Assembly: GCA_050012755.1 (NCBI GenBank)
Contig: JBEKGO010000022.1
Coordinates: forward strand, 1 to 64,000
Origin: Candidatus Bathyarchaeia archaeon
Lineage (GTDB): Archaea; Thermoproteota; Bathyarchaeia; Bathyarchaeales; Bathycorpusculaceae
Length of the DNA: 64,000 nt
Reading direction: 5' to 3'
The notes under the pieces are model-generated. The model ran no database searches. It was given only the letters and a program-made list of their open reading frames with translations, and was not told the origin of the DNA. Positions 48,891 to 58,638 of the stretch are shown here, piece after piece. The position numbers were made by a program, and so were the translations under genes. Numbering within the stretch: the stretch's first letter is position 1; each line of letters opens with the position of its first letter.

Positions 48891-49208
48891 TTGCCTTACT
48901 GTCGAAATTGTGGAACTAAACTTGAAGAAAATGCAAGGTTCTGCCATAAATGCGGAACCCCAGCTGCCACCCTGCCGCCTCCATCTCCGCCGGCAACAAT
49001 GAAACCAAATAGAAATGACCCGCTCTTTGTTACAAGCATCGTCATAGCTGCCGTTGTGATCTCAGCTATAATTATTGGCGCTATAATTCTTCTTGCTTTT
49101 TTTCACGTTAATTTCGGCACAAACAATTCAAACCAGCCAAACCTCAACACTTTAAATCTAATTTTCAGTACGATAGTGCATAAACAAATGCCGTTACTAA
49201 CTTCATAA
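48891..49208 (+). CDS. Zinc-ribbon domain membrane protein
   Basis: YCRNCG...FCHKCG, Pro-rich linker, one TM helix. Confidence 0.75.
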   Translation: MPYCRNCGTKLEENARFCHKCGTPAATLPPPSPPATMKPNRNDPLFVTSIVIAAVVISAIIIGAIILLAFFHVNFGTNNSNQPNLNTLNLIFSTIVHKQMPLLTS

Positions 49209-49277
49209 CTCTGAGAGCTAAGGCGTAAACCATTTAAAACACAAGTCTCTAACTTTTTAATATAAGAAGGAATTTTT

Positions 49278-49517
49278 TTGACTGAAACAAAAAAAGTGAC
49301 TAAACAAGAACTTGAAGCAAATAACGGAAAAAACGGCAAACCAGCCTACTTCGCCTATAAAGGCAAAGTGTATGATGTTTCTGAAAGCAGTTTTTGGCTT
49401 GATGGAGACCATTTGGGAATGCATGAGGCTGGCAAAAACTTAACTGAAGAGTTAGAGATGGCTCCTCATAGGGAAGAGAATTTTCAGAGAGTAAAACTTG
49501 TTGGCGACTTAGTTTAG
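49278..49517 (+). CDS. Cytochrome b5-like heme/steroid-binding domain protein
   Basis: ELEANNGKNGKPAYFAYKGKVYDVS...W..G.H...HEAG..LT...APH. Confidence 0.88.
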   Translation: MTETKKVTKQELEANNGKNGKPAYFAYKGKVYDVSESSFWLDGDHLGMHEAGKNLTEELEMAPHREENFQRVKLVGDLV

Positions 49518-49529
49518 GCAAATATGCGC

Positions 49530-50765
49530 CTAAAAAATACATTGCAGCACAGAGTCTATACTGTGTAAATCACCCATTACGTTTTTCACATCTTTTTTGC
49601 TTAAAGATTCAAAGTTTTTATGCAGTTCACTGATGGTTTCGTAAAGTCTATCGAAGGCTGATTTTACAGATAAATCATTGCTCATGGCGTTTTCAAAGTC
49701 AGACCTAAGTCTGCCTGTAAGCACAGCCACTTTAGGGTGGGAACGGTCAGATTTTTGCTCTTGCAACTTCCTAATAATGTGTTTGAAAGAATCGAGTTTG
49801 CGGCTTGTCTCACCAAGTTTTTCCATGGTGAAGTTTAGTTTCTCTCTGTAAGATCCATAGATTAGAAAGAACCTTAAATGCTCGCCGCTGAATCCTTTTT
49901 TTAACAGGTCGTTTGGGTAATACACGTTGCCTGTGCTTTTTGACATTTTTTTCCCATTTACGAAGAGATGCCCGCCGTGAAGCCAATAACGCGAAAAAGG
50001 TTTGCCTGAAACGGCTTCTGCAACGGCAAGCGTATAATCATGATGTCTAACCAAATTATCAATTCCCCCGCAAGCAACATCGATTGAGAAACCCAAATGC
50101 TTAGTTACAATTGCTGCATCCTGAATATTCCAAGCTGGCCTGCCGCCGCCAATCGACGTTTGATAACAAACATATCCTTGTTTGCAACCATCCCAAATGA
50201 TAAAATCTCCCTTGTTCCATGGTGTGCCAGGGTAAGTATCCTTATGAAAGCGCCGTTTCTTTTTAGGCCACTTTGTCATATCCAAATGCGACAGTTTTCC
50301 GAAGCCTTTGAATTTTAATGGGTCAAAATAGACGTTCTCCGTTCCTTCATACTGGTATCGGTAAGCGTATCCTTTCTCCAAGAGTTGAGCAATCAATTTT
50401 GCCGCTTGATCCACAGCTGAAGAAGCCCTTATGGAGTAATCGGGCGTTTTGATTCTCAAAAGCTTGAAATCTTTGAAGAAGACGGCTTCATTCTTTGCAG
50501 ATAACTGCTCGACAGTTATGTTTTCTTTTTTTGCTTGAGCTATAGCTTTGTCTTCTACATCAGTTAAGGTGATTAGACGCGTCACCTTGTACCCTAAGTA
50601 TTCCATGTAACGTTGAAGTACGTCTTCAAAGAGAAAGGTGCGGTAGTTCCCGATGTGAGGTCGTAAGTAGGTGGATGGGCCGCAAGTATACATTTTAACA
50701 TGCATGTCTGCGGAGGGCTGAAACAGCTCAATTTTTCTGCTCAAAGAGTTGTAGAGATTCAGCAA
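49530..50765 (-). CDS. Cysteine--tRNA ligase-like paralog (altered Zn site, no anticodon-binding domain)
   Basis: MYTCGPS, HIGN and KMSKS intact; GRPAWNIQD instead of GRPGWHIEC; RHHDYT instead of PHHENE; ends after the DALR-like helices. Confidence 0.8.
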   Translation of the reverse strand: MLNLYNSLSRKIELFQPSADMHVKMYTCGPSTYLRPHIGNYRTFLFEDVLQRYMEYLGYKVTRLITLTDVEDKAIAQAKKENITVEQLSAKNEAVFFKDFKLLRIKTPDYSIRASSAVDQAAKLIAQLLEKGYAYRYQYEGTENVYFDPLKFKGFGKLSHLDMTKWPKKKRRFHKDTYPGTPWNKGDFIIWDGCKQGYVCYQTSIGGGRPAWNIQDAAIVTKHLGFSIDVACGGIDNLVRHHDYTLAVAEAVSGKPFSRYWLHGGHLFVNGKKMSKSTGNVYYPNDLLKKGFSGEHLRFFLIYGSYREKLNFTMEKLGETSRKLDSFKHIIRKLQEQKSDRSHPKVAVLTGRLRSDFENAMSNDLSVKSAFDRLYETISELHKNFESLSKKDVKNVMGDLHSIDSVLQCIF

Positions 50766-50781
50766 CCTGTGTCTTCTTCCT

Positions 50782-51258
50782 CTACGTTGTAAGCGACTGC
50801 TCTTTTTGAAGTTCCTGTAGTGTTTTTTTGGCTTCTTCTACATGGCGGGGAGCTTGGGATTGGGAAGAGAAAATATTCCTGACAACACCTCGTTTATCAA
50901 TGATAAAAGTGACTCTTCCAGGAATTATGCCCATGGTTGAGTGCACACCATATAATTTGTGTACTTTGTTATCTGCATCGCTTAGAAGCAAAAAAGGCAG
51001 CCCATAGTGGGATGCAAAAGACTTGTGCGACGCTATACTTTGAGCGCTGACGCCAAGAACTTCAGCGTCTAAATTTGTTAATTCCTCGTAGCTGTCTCTG
51101 AAAGTGCATGCTTCTTTTGTACAGCCAGGTGATTCATCCATCGGATAAAAATATAAAACCACGTTTTTCTTACCGAAGTATTCAGATAGAGTTACGTCAT
51201 CGCCCATTTGTGAAGGAAGCGTAAAATCAGGCGCTTTATCGCCAACATTAACAGACAA
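50782..51258 (-). CDS. bcp: Peroxiredoxin (Bcp/PrxQ)
   Basis: VGDKAPDFTL, VLYFYP.DESPGCTKEAC.FRD, RVTFIID. Confidence 0.92.
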   Translation of the reverse strand: MSVNVGDKAPDFTLPSQMGDDVTLSEYFGKKNVVLYFYPMDESPGCTKEACTFRDSYEELTNLDAEVLGVSAQSIASHKSFASHYGLPFLLLSDADNKVHKLYGVHSTMGIIPGRVTFIIDKRGVVRNIFSSQSQAPRHVEEAKKTLQELQKEQSLTT

Positions 51259-51356
51259 GAAATCACCAATGAAACAAACTTTTGAAAGCTATTATTCTTT
51301 TCGCATTTCTGCGATAGCGACTAACTGTTATAAGAAACGAAATCCAAGTAGAATCC

Positions 51357-51956
51357 ATGGAAAAAACATTAACCGCAGCTGAACACAAATGTGAAGCCCT
51401 ATACTCCACTGCACCGGGCACCCCAATTGTTTTCCTGCACGGATTATCGTACACGAAAGACATTTGGGAGCAGATTGGAGTAACAGAACTGTTAATGGAA
51501 AAACATGTGCCGTTTTTAGCCTTAGACATGCCTTACGGTTTGAGAAGTAAATGTCAACCTAAAAGCCGAAACCCCGAAACCAATGTTGAAGTTGCAGCTG
51601 AAGCTATTAAGAGTCAGTTCGGTTCAACAGTGCCAGTTCTTGTCGGCGCAAGCATAGGGGGACACATCGCGTTGAGGTACGCAGCAAGGTTTCCTGTCAA
51701 GGGTTTGTTTTTGGTTGCACCTGCCCGAGCATTCACAGAGGACCTGTTGCAGTCTTATAAGAAATTTAATTTTCCAGTCAGGATCATTTGGGGTTCGCAA
51801 GATAATGTTATTTCTGGTGAAGAAATGCGAACTTTGGCTGACAAATTGCCTAAAGCTAAACTTTTAGTCTACTATGGCGCTACGCATTCAGCCTACAAAG
51901 ATAAGCCTGAACAATTCAAACGCGACCTGCTAGAGTTCTACGCCAACGCAGAGTAA
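51357..51956 (+). CDS. Alpha/beta hydrolase
   Basis: FLHG, GASIGG nucleophile elbow, WGSQD, ATH. Confidence 0.85.
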   Translation: MEKTLTAAEHKCEALYSTAPGTPIVFLHGLSYTKDIWEQIGVTELLMEKHVPFLALDMPYGLRSKCQPKSRNPETNVEVAAEAIKSQFGSTVPVLVGASIGGHIALRYAARFPVKGLFLVAPARAFTEDLLQSYKKFNFPVRIIWGSQDNVISGEEMRTLADKLPKAKLLVYYGATHSAYKDKPEQFKRDLLEFYANAE

Positions 51957-51968
51957 ACTTAATCTTCA

Positions 51969-52529
51969 CTATGGCAAAGGTTTTCCAGTAACAACATAGT
52001 GGTAATTTCCTGCAGCCTTGATGTTTTCAATTTGAAAACCTGCATTTCTAATCAAATTTGATGCTTGCTCCTCGCTGAATCGAATTTTACCGGGTGGACC
52101 AAAAGGTATTTCTTGTTTTTTCCAGTCCAAATCAATCAGTCGTCCATCAGCCTTCATCATTTTTTTAGCATTTTCCAAAACTTTAACAGGATCAGCAAAG
52201 TCATGAAGCACCATACTATAAAAAACAAAATCAGCGCATTTATCGCAGAAAACAGTTTCCTCACCCATGCCAATTTTGGCAGTGATGTTTTTCAAGCCTT
52301 CAACTTCGGCTCTAAAGTTGAGTTTCTTGATGGCTGATGCATCTGCATCCACAGCGTAGACTTTCCCGCGTTCGCCAACTTTTTTTGCTGCTAAAATAGT
52401 GAAGAAGCCATCGCCACAGCCAATATCAGCAAATACCATGCCAGAGCGTAAGTCTTGCAGAATAGCCTCTGGATTATACCATGAGCGTCTTGTAGCTTCG
52501 TCGAGGGCAAAGCCGCCGTGACAAGTCAT
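51969..52529 (-). CDS. Class I SAM-dependent methyltransferase
   Basis: ADIGCGDG, GKVYAVD, VLHDF, DWKK...GPP. Confidence 0.88.
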   Translation of the reverse strand: MTCHGGFALDEATRRSWYNPEAILQDLRSGMVFADIGCGDGFFTILAAKKVGERGKVYAVDADASAIKKLNFRAEVEGLKNITAKIGMGEETVFCDKCADFVFYSMVLHDFADPVKVLENAKKMMKADGRLIDLDWKKQEIPFGPPGKIRFSEEQASNLIRNAGFQIENIKAAGNYHYVVTGKPLP

Positions 52530-52548
52530 ATGTGGAGACCGACGTTGA

Positions 52549-52854
52549 CTATGGCTTAAGCAATTCTCTTATTTGTTTTTCATGCGTTTGTCGAGTTGTT
52601 AGAGGGTAGATTTCTCGTTCACATTCAAAAAATAATGGATCTTGACCGATTATTTTTGAGAGTTTCTCGTCTGAATCAACATTAACTACGATCATAGTGC
52701 CTTGGTGCCCTATTAGGTGGTAATTAACTTCGATAGTCTTTTCCTTTTCCAAATTTTCAAAATACTTGAATTGTAGCGGAAGCAGTTTTGCCCATTTTTC
52801 GATGGGAACTTCTCTTTTTACTTTCTGTATAATCAAAAATTTCATAATTATCAA
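52549..52854 (-). CDS. Small dimeric alpha/beta-barrel protein (muconolactone isomerase/DUF3303-like)
   Basis: MKFLII start, G..IVVNVDS.E.L...I..DPLF...EIYPL pattern. Confidence 0.55.
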   Translation of the reverse strand: MIIMKFLIIQKVKREVPIEKWAKLLPLQFKYFENLEKEKTIEVNYHLIGHQGTMIVVNVDSDEKLSKIIGQDPLFFECEREIYPLTTRQTHEKQIRELLKP

Positions 52855-52945
52855 TTAATACAAAGTTGAGACTATTTTAAAATGTTTCTTAAATAGCATA
52901 AGTTCAAAAAAAGAAAAATGTGAGAGGTATTCTGATTGCCATTTT

Positions 52946-53098
52946 TTATTCTTTCTTTTCTCCGTGTCCTTTGAACATTTCGGGCAACTTCATTGACATC
53001 TTGGACATTGACTCTTTGGCTAATTCCATCAGTTCCTCGTTTACTTCAAATTCTACGGTTATTTTCAATTTTCCTTTCTTTTCGGGCATTTCAGTCAT
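52946..53098 (-). CDS. Small hypothetical protein (50 aa, not in ORF track)
   Basis: MTEMPEKKGKLKITVEFEVNEELMELAKESMSKMSMKLPEMFKGHGEKKE; strong GGAGGTG SD; overlaps the upstream gene stop. Confidence 0.65.
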   Translation of the reverse strand: MTEMPEKKGKLKITVEFEVNEELMELAKESMSKMSMKLPEMFKGHGEKKE

Positions 53099-53393
53099 GG
53101 AACCACCTCCTAAATCGGCTTAATTGTTTGGGGAATAGGTTACCAAGAAGATGAATAGCTTGCATGCCGGTTAAGTCTAAATCAATTTGAATTCGGTAAT
53201 GGAACTTTCCTAAGCGTTTAGTTTTGGTTTTGTAATTTCCTATCTTGCCTGATTCTTTGAATCGGTGAAGCTGCTGATTCACTACTACAGTAATTGCCGT
53301 TGGAGCCAGAGGTTCAAAAACAAAAACAACTTTTGAAAAAACGCGTATGGCACTACTGATTAGCGCTTCAGTTACGGACTCTTCCTCTGTCAT
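53091..53393 (-). CDS. Hypothetical protein
   Basis: 100-aa ORF, coupled to the downstream small ORF. Confidence 0.6.
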   Translation of the reverse strand: MTEEESVTEALISSAIRVFSKVVFVFEPLAPTAITVVVNQQLHRFKESGKIGNYKTKTKRLGKFHYRIQIDLDLTGMQAIHLLGNLFPKQLSRFRRWFHD

Positions 53394-53527
53394 TTTTTAC
53401 CCTTCAGAAATCTTCAGAATTCTTGTTTTCGCTCCTATAGAAGGGAGCCTGAACTTAATAATAAGAATAACGGAGCCATTTTTTTAAGGTTGTGTGACTG
53501 TCAATACCCAACGACGAGGCGATTGGT

Positions 53528-54037
53528 TTGGCACTTGAAGATTTGAATTTCCAAATTTATGGTTGCAAAAAATGTAGGCTTTGGCAGGGAGCGAAGCACG
53601 GGGTACCCGGAGAAGGACCACTAAACGCTAAGGTTATGCTCATAGGGCAGAACCCAGGAGCTGACGAGGACGAAACAGGCAGACCTTTTGTTGGCAGAGC
53701 TGGAAAATTCTTAACAAAAATCTTAGCTGAGAACGGCATAAAACGCGAAGACGTCTTCATCACCAATATTGTGAAACATGTTTCTCCAGAAAACCGGAAA
53801 CCGTACCCTGATGAGGTAGCTGCATGCTTACCCTACTTGAACACACAAATCAGCATTATCAAACCAAAAATAATTGTACTGTTTGGTGAATCGGCAAAAG
53901 AAACCCCACGAATTGAAGGCGCCAAATATATCCAAATTATTCATCCTTCAGCTGCCATGCGCTTCACCAAAATGGGAGAAAAGTTTAGAGAGCAAATCAC
54001 ACAATTATCAAGTTTAATAAATGAAATGAAAACTTAG
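53528..54037 (+). CDS. Uracil-DNA glycosylase family 4
   Basis: CKKCRL, VPGEG, GQNPG..EDETGRPFVGRAG, TNIVK, HPSA. Confidence 0.9.
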   Translation: MALEDLNFQIYGCKKCRLWQGAKHGVPGEGPLNAKVMLIGQNPGADEDETGRPFVGRAGKFLTKILAENGIKREDVFITNIVKHVSPENRKPYPDEVAACLPYLNTQISIIKPKIIVLFGESAKETPRIEGAKYIQIIHPSAAMRFTKMGEKFREQITQLSSLINEMKT

Positions 54038-54079
54038 AGGTAATAAAAGCGGTAGCTATAAGCAAAACTTGGCCCGGGT

Positions 54080-54685
54080 TTATTTCATGGGTTGTCTTAG
54101 GATGGTTCTTAATTTTTCTGGCGCAGTTGTGGCGGGGTTATTTAGGTAGATTTCGTGGTGTTTGCCGCTTAGTGTGTGTCCACTGTTTTGGATGAAAGCA
54201 TGTATTTTTGCTATGGTTGATCCTTCAGCCGAAAACGGTCCAACATACATTATTTGCGCAGCAAGTTCTTCATTGAAATTTTCAAATTGAACCTTAGGCA
54301 ACGCAGGCAGATTCTTTTTCTTTTTTACCTGTTCAATCGCCAATCCAACGTCGTTAGCAGTAACGTACTTGGGCTGCATAATCATGGCTGTCCACTTCCA
54401 TTCATCTTTTCGGTCTGAGTTGAACTTTGTCATGTCATCGACCCACCATAAACCTTCTAGTGGCATAACCGAGAAATCAATGCCAATGTTTTTCTTAATC
54501 ATAAATTTGAGTGTATAAGAAACACTAAATAACGCCTCAATAGCCTCGCTATATTGCGGTGATGTGGGTGCACCTTCGCCGTTAACTAACAGATAATTCA
54601 TTGCTGGAACATCAACAATGCTTACCTCTTTGGCGGATGGATTGTAGAGATGCTTTAATTCTTTTCTTAAGTCGATTTTCTCCAT
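54080..54685 (-). CDS. GyrI-like small-molecule-binding domain protein
   Basis: KIDLRKELK.LY, PLEGLWW, HHEIYL, LRTILRQP. Confidence 0.88.
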   Translation of the reverse strand: MEKIDLRKELKHLYNPSAKEVSIVDVPAMNYLLVNGEGAPTSPQYSEAIEALFSVSYTLKFMIKKNIGIDFSVMPLEGLWWVDDMTKFNSDRKDEWKWTAMIMQPKYVTANDVGLAIEQVKKKKNLPALPKVQFENFNEELAAQIMYVGPFSAEGSTIAKIHAFIQNSGHTLSGKHHEIYLNNPATTAPEKLRTILRQPMK

Positions 54686-54903
54686 TAACCTTCAACCTTT
54701 AAACACTAATCTGAATCCTGTTTTGTTTCTTTGGCAATAAAATAATTACGGTCTCAAGTGGAAAGAGAACGCAATAGCCAAAGAGTGCTCAACCTCTGGA
54801 ATTCAATTTAAACAGTCTTAGAAGCATTTCATTCGGTTTAATGAATCCATTTTGGATTTTGAAACTCTTATATATTTCAGATGATAATTGACTGTTGAAT
54901 ATC

Positions 54904-55212
54904 ATGGCTGAAGTTTGTTCAACATGTGGGCTTCCTAAGGACTTATGCGTTTGTGGAGAAATAGAGAAAGAGCAACAGCGAATCCGCGTTAGACTTGAAA
55001 CACGAAAATTTGGCAGACCAAGCACTGTAATCGACGGTATGGAAGATAAAAACATCAACTTGGCAAGCATTGCACAAAAACTCAAGACATATTGCGCATG
55101 CGGAGGAACCAGCAAAAACGGTCAAATTATGTTGCAGGGAGATCATCGGGACAGAGTTCGTGATTTCTTAATCAAATTGGGTTATCCAACAGAAAACATC
55201 GAAGTACAGTAA
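54904..55212 (+). CDS. Translation initiation factor aIF1 (SUI1/YciH)
   Basis: CSTCGLPKDLCVC, LKTYCACGGT, LQGDHR. Confidence 0.95.
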   Translation: MAEVCSTCGLPKDLCVCGEIEKEQQRIRVRLETRKFGRPSTVIDGMEDKNINLASIAQKLKTYCACGGTSKNGQIMLQGDHRDRVRDFLIKLGYPTENIEVQ

Positions 55213-55242
55213 GCCCAGTCAAAAGATAGAGATGCATACATC

Positions 55243-55464
55243 ATGAAAAAAATAGATGATATACGTGAAGTTTTCAAAGCAGCGAAGCATCAAAAACCCA
55301 CACAGATTTTCTGTCCAAGATGTTGCAGCCCAAAAATTCGCCTAACAACCAGTTTAGCTATTTGGTTAACTCCTAAACAATATTACTGTGAAGATTGCCA
55401 CTACGTCGGCATTGTTGTTATGGAACTTGAAAAAGAAAAAGAAGAAAATAATACGCCTAAATAG
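55243..55464 (+). CDS. Small Zn-ribbon protein
   Basis: CPRC...YYCEDCHY. Confidence 0.7.
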   Translation: MKKIDDIREVFKAAKHQKPTQIFCPRCCSPKIRLTTSLAIWLTPKQYYCEDCHYVGIVVMELEKEKEENNTPK

Positions 55465-55472
55465 AAAAAGCC

Positions 55473-56411
55473 TTAATCAGGCAACTCAAGGTTTAATTGT
55501 TTTTTAAGTGTCTTGTAGCGATTGCGCACTGTTACTTCTGTTACGCCAGCAGCTTCAGCGATGTCTTTCTGAGTCTTTTTCTCGCCATTCTGCAAACAAG
55601 CAATGTAGAGGGCAGCAGCAGCTAATCCCATGGGGTCTTTTCCGGCAGCAGCACGTTTACGTCTTGCTTCCCTAAGAATTTGGATGGCTGCACCTTGAGT
55701 TTTTCCTGAAATCCCGGTTTTCTCTGCAATTTTGGATACGTAAGTCAACGGGTCAGCGATGGGCATATGCACATCAAGTTCGCGTAACAGTAGCCTGTAG
55801 CATCTTGCAACGTCTTTTTTGTCAACGAGACTGGCTTCAGCTATTTCCCGTAGTGTGCGTGGTGTTCCGCTTCCGCGGCAAGCTGCATAAAGCGCAGCAG
55901 CAGCGATAGCAGCGATTGATCTTCCGCGAACTAAACCTTTGTCCAATGCTTTACGATAAACAACAGCGGCTTTCTCTTTAATTGGCGGAGGAATGTAGAC
56001 CTTGTCTGAAAGACGGTCAAGTTCCGCCATGGCTTGAGCCAAATTGCGGTCAATAGATGAGTGGACTCTACTGCGTATTTGCCATTTCCTAAGGCGCCAC
56101 ATTTGAAGTCGTGTGGACAGGGGCAGTTTTCTTCCGAATGCATCTCGGTCGACTTGGCTAATGGCTGTAGATAATCCTTTGTCATGAACTGAGTAGGAGG
56201 TTGGAACACCAACTCGGCTTCTTGACGCTTTCTCTTCTTGAGTGAACGCACGCCATTCTGGTCCTTTGTCCATCATTTGCTCGTATAGGACCAAGCCACA
56301 GTCGCCGCATACGGTTTCGCCTGTGTCATAATCGTGAACTAAATTTTCGCTGCCGCACTCTGCACACTTATCGGATAAGCGCGCCTGTGTTTTAACTTCT
56401 TTTTTGCTCAA
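55473..56411 (-). CDS. tfb: Transcription initiation factor IIB
   Basis: CAECG...CGDCG Zn ribbon, GPEWRAF, two cyclin repeats, VTEVTVRNRYK. Confidence 0.98.
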   Translation of the reverse strand: MSKKEVKTQARLSDKCAECGSENLVHDYDTGETVCGDCGLVLYEQMMDKGPEWRAFTQEEKASRSRVGVPTSYSVHDKGLSTAISQVDRDAFGRKLPLSTRLQMWRLRKWQIRSRVHSSIDRNLAQAMAELDRLSDKVYIPPPIKEKAAVVYRKALDKGLVRGRSIAAIAAAALYAACRGSGTPRTLREIAEASLVDKKDVARCYRLLLRELDVHMPIADPLTYVSKIAEKTGISGKTQGAAIQILREARRKRAAAGKDPMGLAAAALYIACLQNGEKKTQKDIAEAAGVTEVTVRNRYKTLKKQLNLELPD

Positions 56412-56882
56412 ATTTTTCTCTCCATTTCAACATGCGCAGAACCGTCACCATATCCATTTTGGGAGAAATAGTACATTCGGCCCGCGTAAACTAAGCTGAT
56501 GAACGTCACTACTATTTAAGTTTTGTGGTCTTAATAAAGTTATTGCACACAATACTTTCGATTTATCCACCACAAGTCAAATGGACTAATGGGAAATAGC
56601 ATAAGAAATTGCTTAAGCGCGGGCAAGGCCTATGACGAGAATATCCACAAAGAAGAGTCGGCATTCTACAGTCATAAGCGAATTCTCAATCGCCCATAAT
56701 CCTCCAGCCAATATGATTGCATTTTTTGTTTTCCAGTGACTTATTCTCTAAAGGTACAATTTAGAATTAATTGATTAAATAAGACGTTTTTGTTTTTTTG
56801 ATGGACATTATTATGCCGGTGCAAGAACGCTTATTAGATAAAAAATTGTCCTTAGATTTAGCATAAAGTCAAAAAACGTTGA

Positions 56883-56955
56883 AGCCCGGTGGTGTAGTGG
56901 TCAAGCATAGAGGGCTTTGGACCCTCCGACGAGAGTTCGAATCTCTCCCGGGCTA
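56883..56955 (+). tRNA. tRNA-Gln (TTG), intronless
   Basis: Acceptor stem AGCCCGG/CCGGGCT; D arm TGGTGTAGTGGTCAAGCAT; anticodon arm GAGGG-CTTTGGA-CCCTC; T arm GAGAG-TTCGAAT-CTCTC. Confidence 0.95.
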
Positions 56956-57516
56956 CTAGGTAAAGACGCAGCGCTGTCTATTCAAGAAAGGGTAAAAACT
57001 CGATTTGGGAAAAGCCAAAGGCTTTACACCTAAATAGGTAGCTTTATTCTACGATTCAAAAAATAGTTTCCAGAACAAGCTCGACTTTTTACGCAGCTTT
57101 GTCCCGACATTACATATTGAAATACGCATTGCACCGCTAATCATGTCTAGTCAATTACGCCAATGTTTTCAGCTATTTCTTGGTTCAGAATCGAACAAAT
57201 AATATTGAAGAGTAAGTATGAGGCTATTTTACCCAAGCAGACTTATGCATACGCGTTTGCGCAGACGAAGCCTCTAGCACTTCCAGGATTTCCTATTTTG
57301 ATACCGTTTAGGAAGAGCCAAACCAGAAGTTAAAGCCATTCTTTGTAGGAGAGTCTACTAATACAGGAGTATTTCAGATTTGAGACTTGTTAGCGCAGAG
57401 CGAAAGACACTCTTACTAGCATCTGCAAGAGTTGGGGGTACGAGGTTTGTTTTTTCCCATCGACTAAAGTCTCTATTCTTCGAATATGCAAAAGCATAAA
57501 AGGAGAGCTGGTCAAA

Positions 57517-58599
57517 ATGAATCCTCACATTACAAGGGGGTCATCATACACGAAAGGCAAAAAGGTTCTCGTAACTGGAGGAGCTTCTTTCATAAGCAGC
57601 CACTTGGTAGATACACTTCTCAAGGGAGGGGCTGAAATTTTGGTTGCTGACGATTTTTCTAGCGGGAAACTTGAAAATTTGAATTATCCTTTCATCAGTA
57701 AGTCTTCGGACAAATGGGAGTTTGATCGTCTGACCGTCTGCAAGGGTGACTTGAAAGACAGGGAATTTACAAGGCGGATGGTCAAGGGTGTGGATGTCGT
57801 GTTTCATCTTGCTGCGCTCCATGGAGGAAGAGGATATATCGATACTCACCCCGCTGAATGCTGTTCAAACATGATTTTGGATCAATTGGTTTTTGAAGAA
57901 TCATGCAAAGCTGGAGTAAAGAAGATTTGTTTTGCAAGTTCAGCTTGCGTTTATCCTTCTTTTCTTCAGGGGGAAATAGGATCCAACTATCTGCTTAAGG
58001 AAACAGACGCAGATCCGTTTGTAAGAGACAAGGCATTTGCCGATCTAGAGTATGGGTGGGCTAAGTTCATGGGTGAAATGGCACTAAAGGCATACCATAG
58101 AGAGTACGGACTGAAAACGGCAGCCGTACGGATTTTCACGGCGTATGGACCTAGAGAAAATGAAACGCATGCGATAGTCGCTCTAATTGCCAAAGCTTTC
58201 ATCAAAATGGACCCTTACGTTATTTGGGGCAATGGAGAGCAAGATCGAAACTTCACTTATGTACAGGATATCGTTGATGCTTTGGTGGCTGCTTCAGAAA
58301 AAATTGAGGATGGTTCAGCAGTAAATGCTGGGCGCAGCGACCGTCTAACAATTAATGAGGCTATGAATTTGGTGTTTGATCTGGTGGGTTGGAAACCTAA
58401 ACAGATTGAACGTGACTTAAGCAAGCCCCAAGGTGTGGCATCACGAGCCGCAGATTTAACCGAAGCAAATAGGGTCATAGATTGGGCGCCGAAAGTCACG
58501 TACAGAGAAGGCTTTAAGAAAACCATAGACTGGTACTTCGCAAACCACAGCATTGAAGCAGTCAAGAAAAATTTGGAGAAACTGCTTTTGGAGCGGTAA
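57517..58599 (+). CDS. NAD-dependent nucleotide-sugar epimerase/dehydratase
   Basis: VLVTGGASFISSHL, FHLAA.HGG, ASSACVY, YGWAK, RNFTYV.D. Confidence 0.92.
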   Translation: MNPHITRGSSYTKGKKVLVTGGASFISSHLVDTLLKGGAEILVADDFSSGKLENLNYPFISKSSDKWEFDRLTVCKGDLKDREFTRRMVKGVDVVFHLAALHGGRGYIDTHPAECCSNMILDQLVFEESCKAGVKKICFASSACVYPSFLQGEIGSNYLLKETDADPFVRDKAFADLEYGWAKFMGEMALKAYHREYGLKTAAVRIFTAYGPRENETHAIVALIAKAFIKMDPYVIWGNGEQDRNFTYVQDIVDALVAASEKIEDGSAVNAGRSDRLTINEAMNLVFDLVGWKPKQIERDLSKPQGVASRAADLTEANRVIDWAPKVTYREGFKKTIDWYFANHSIEAVKKNLEKLLLER

Positions 58600-58638
58600 A
58601 CCCCGGATTCACAACAATAGATCAAGGAAAGGGAAAGA

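Noticed and set aside
56495-56520. Hammerhead ribozyme core (CTGATGA) upstream of tfb
   Set aside because: No stem II or GAAA follows; the region looks like the tfb promoter and leader.
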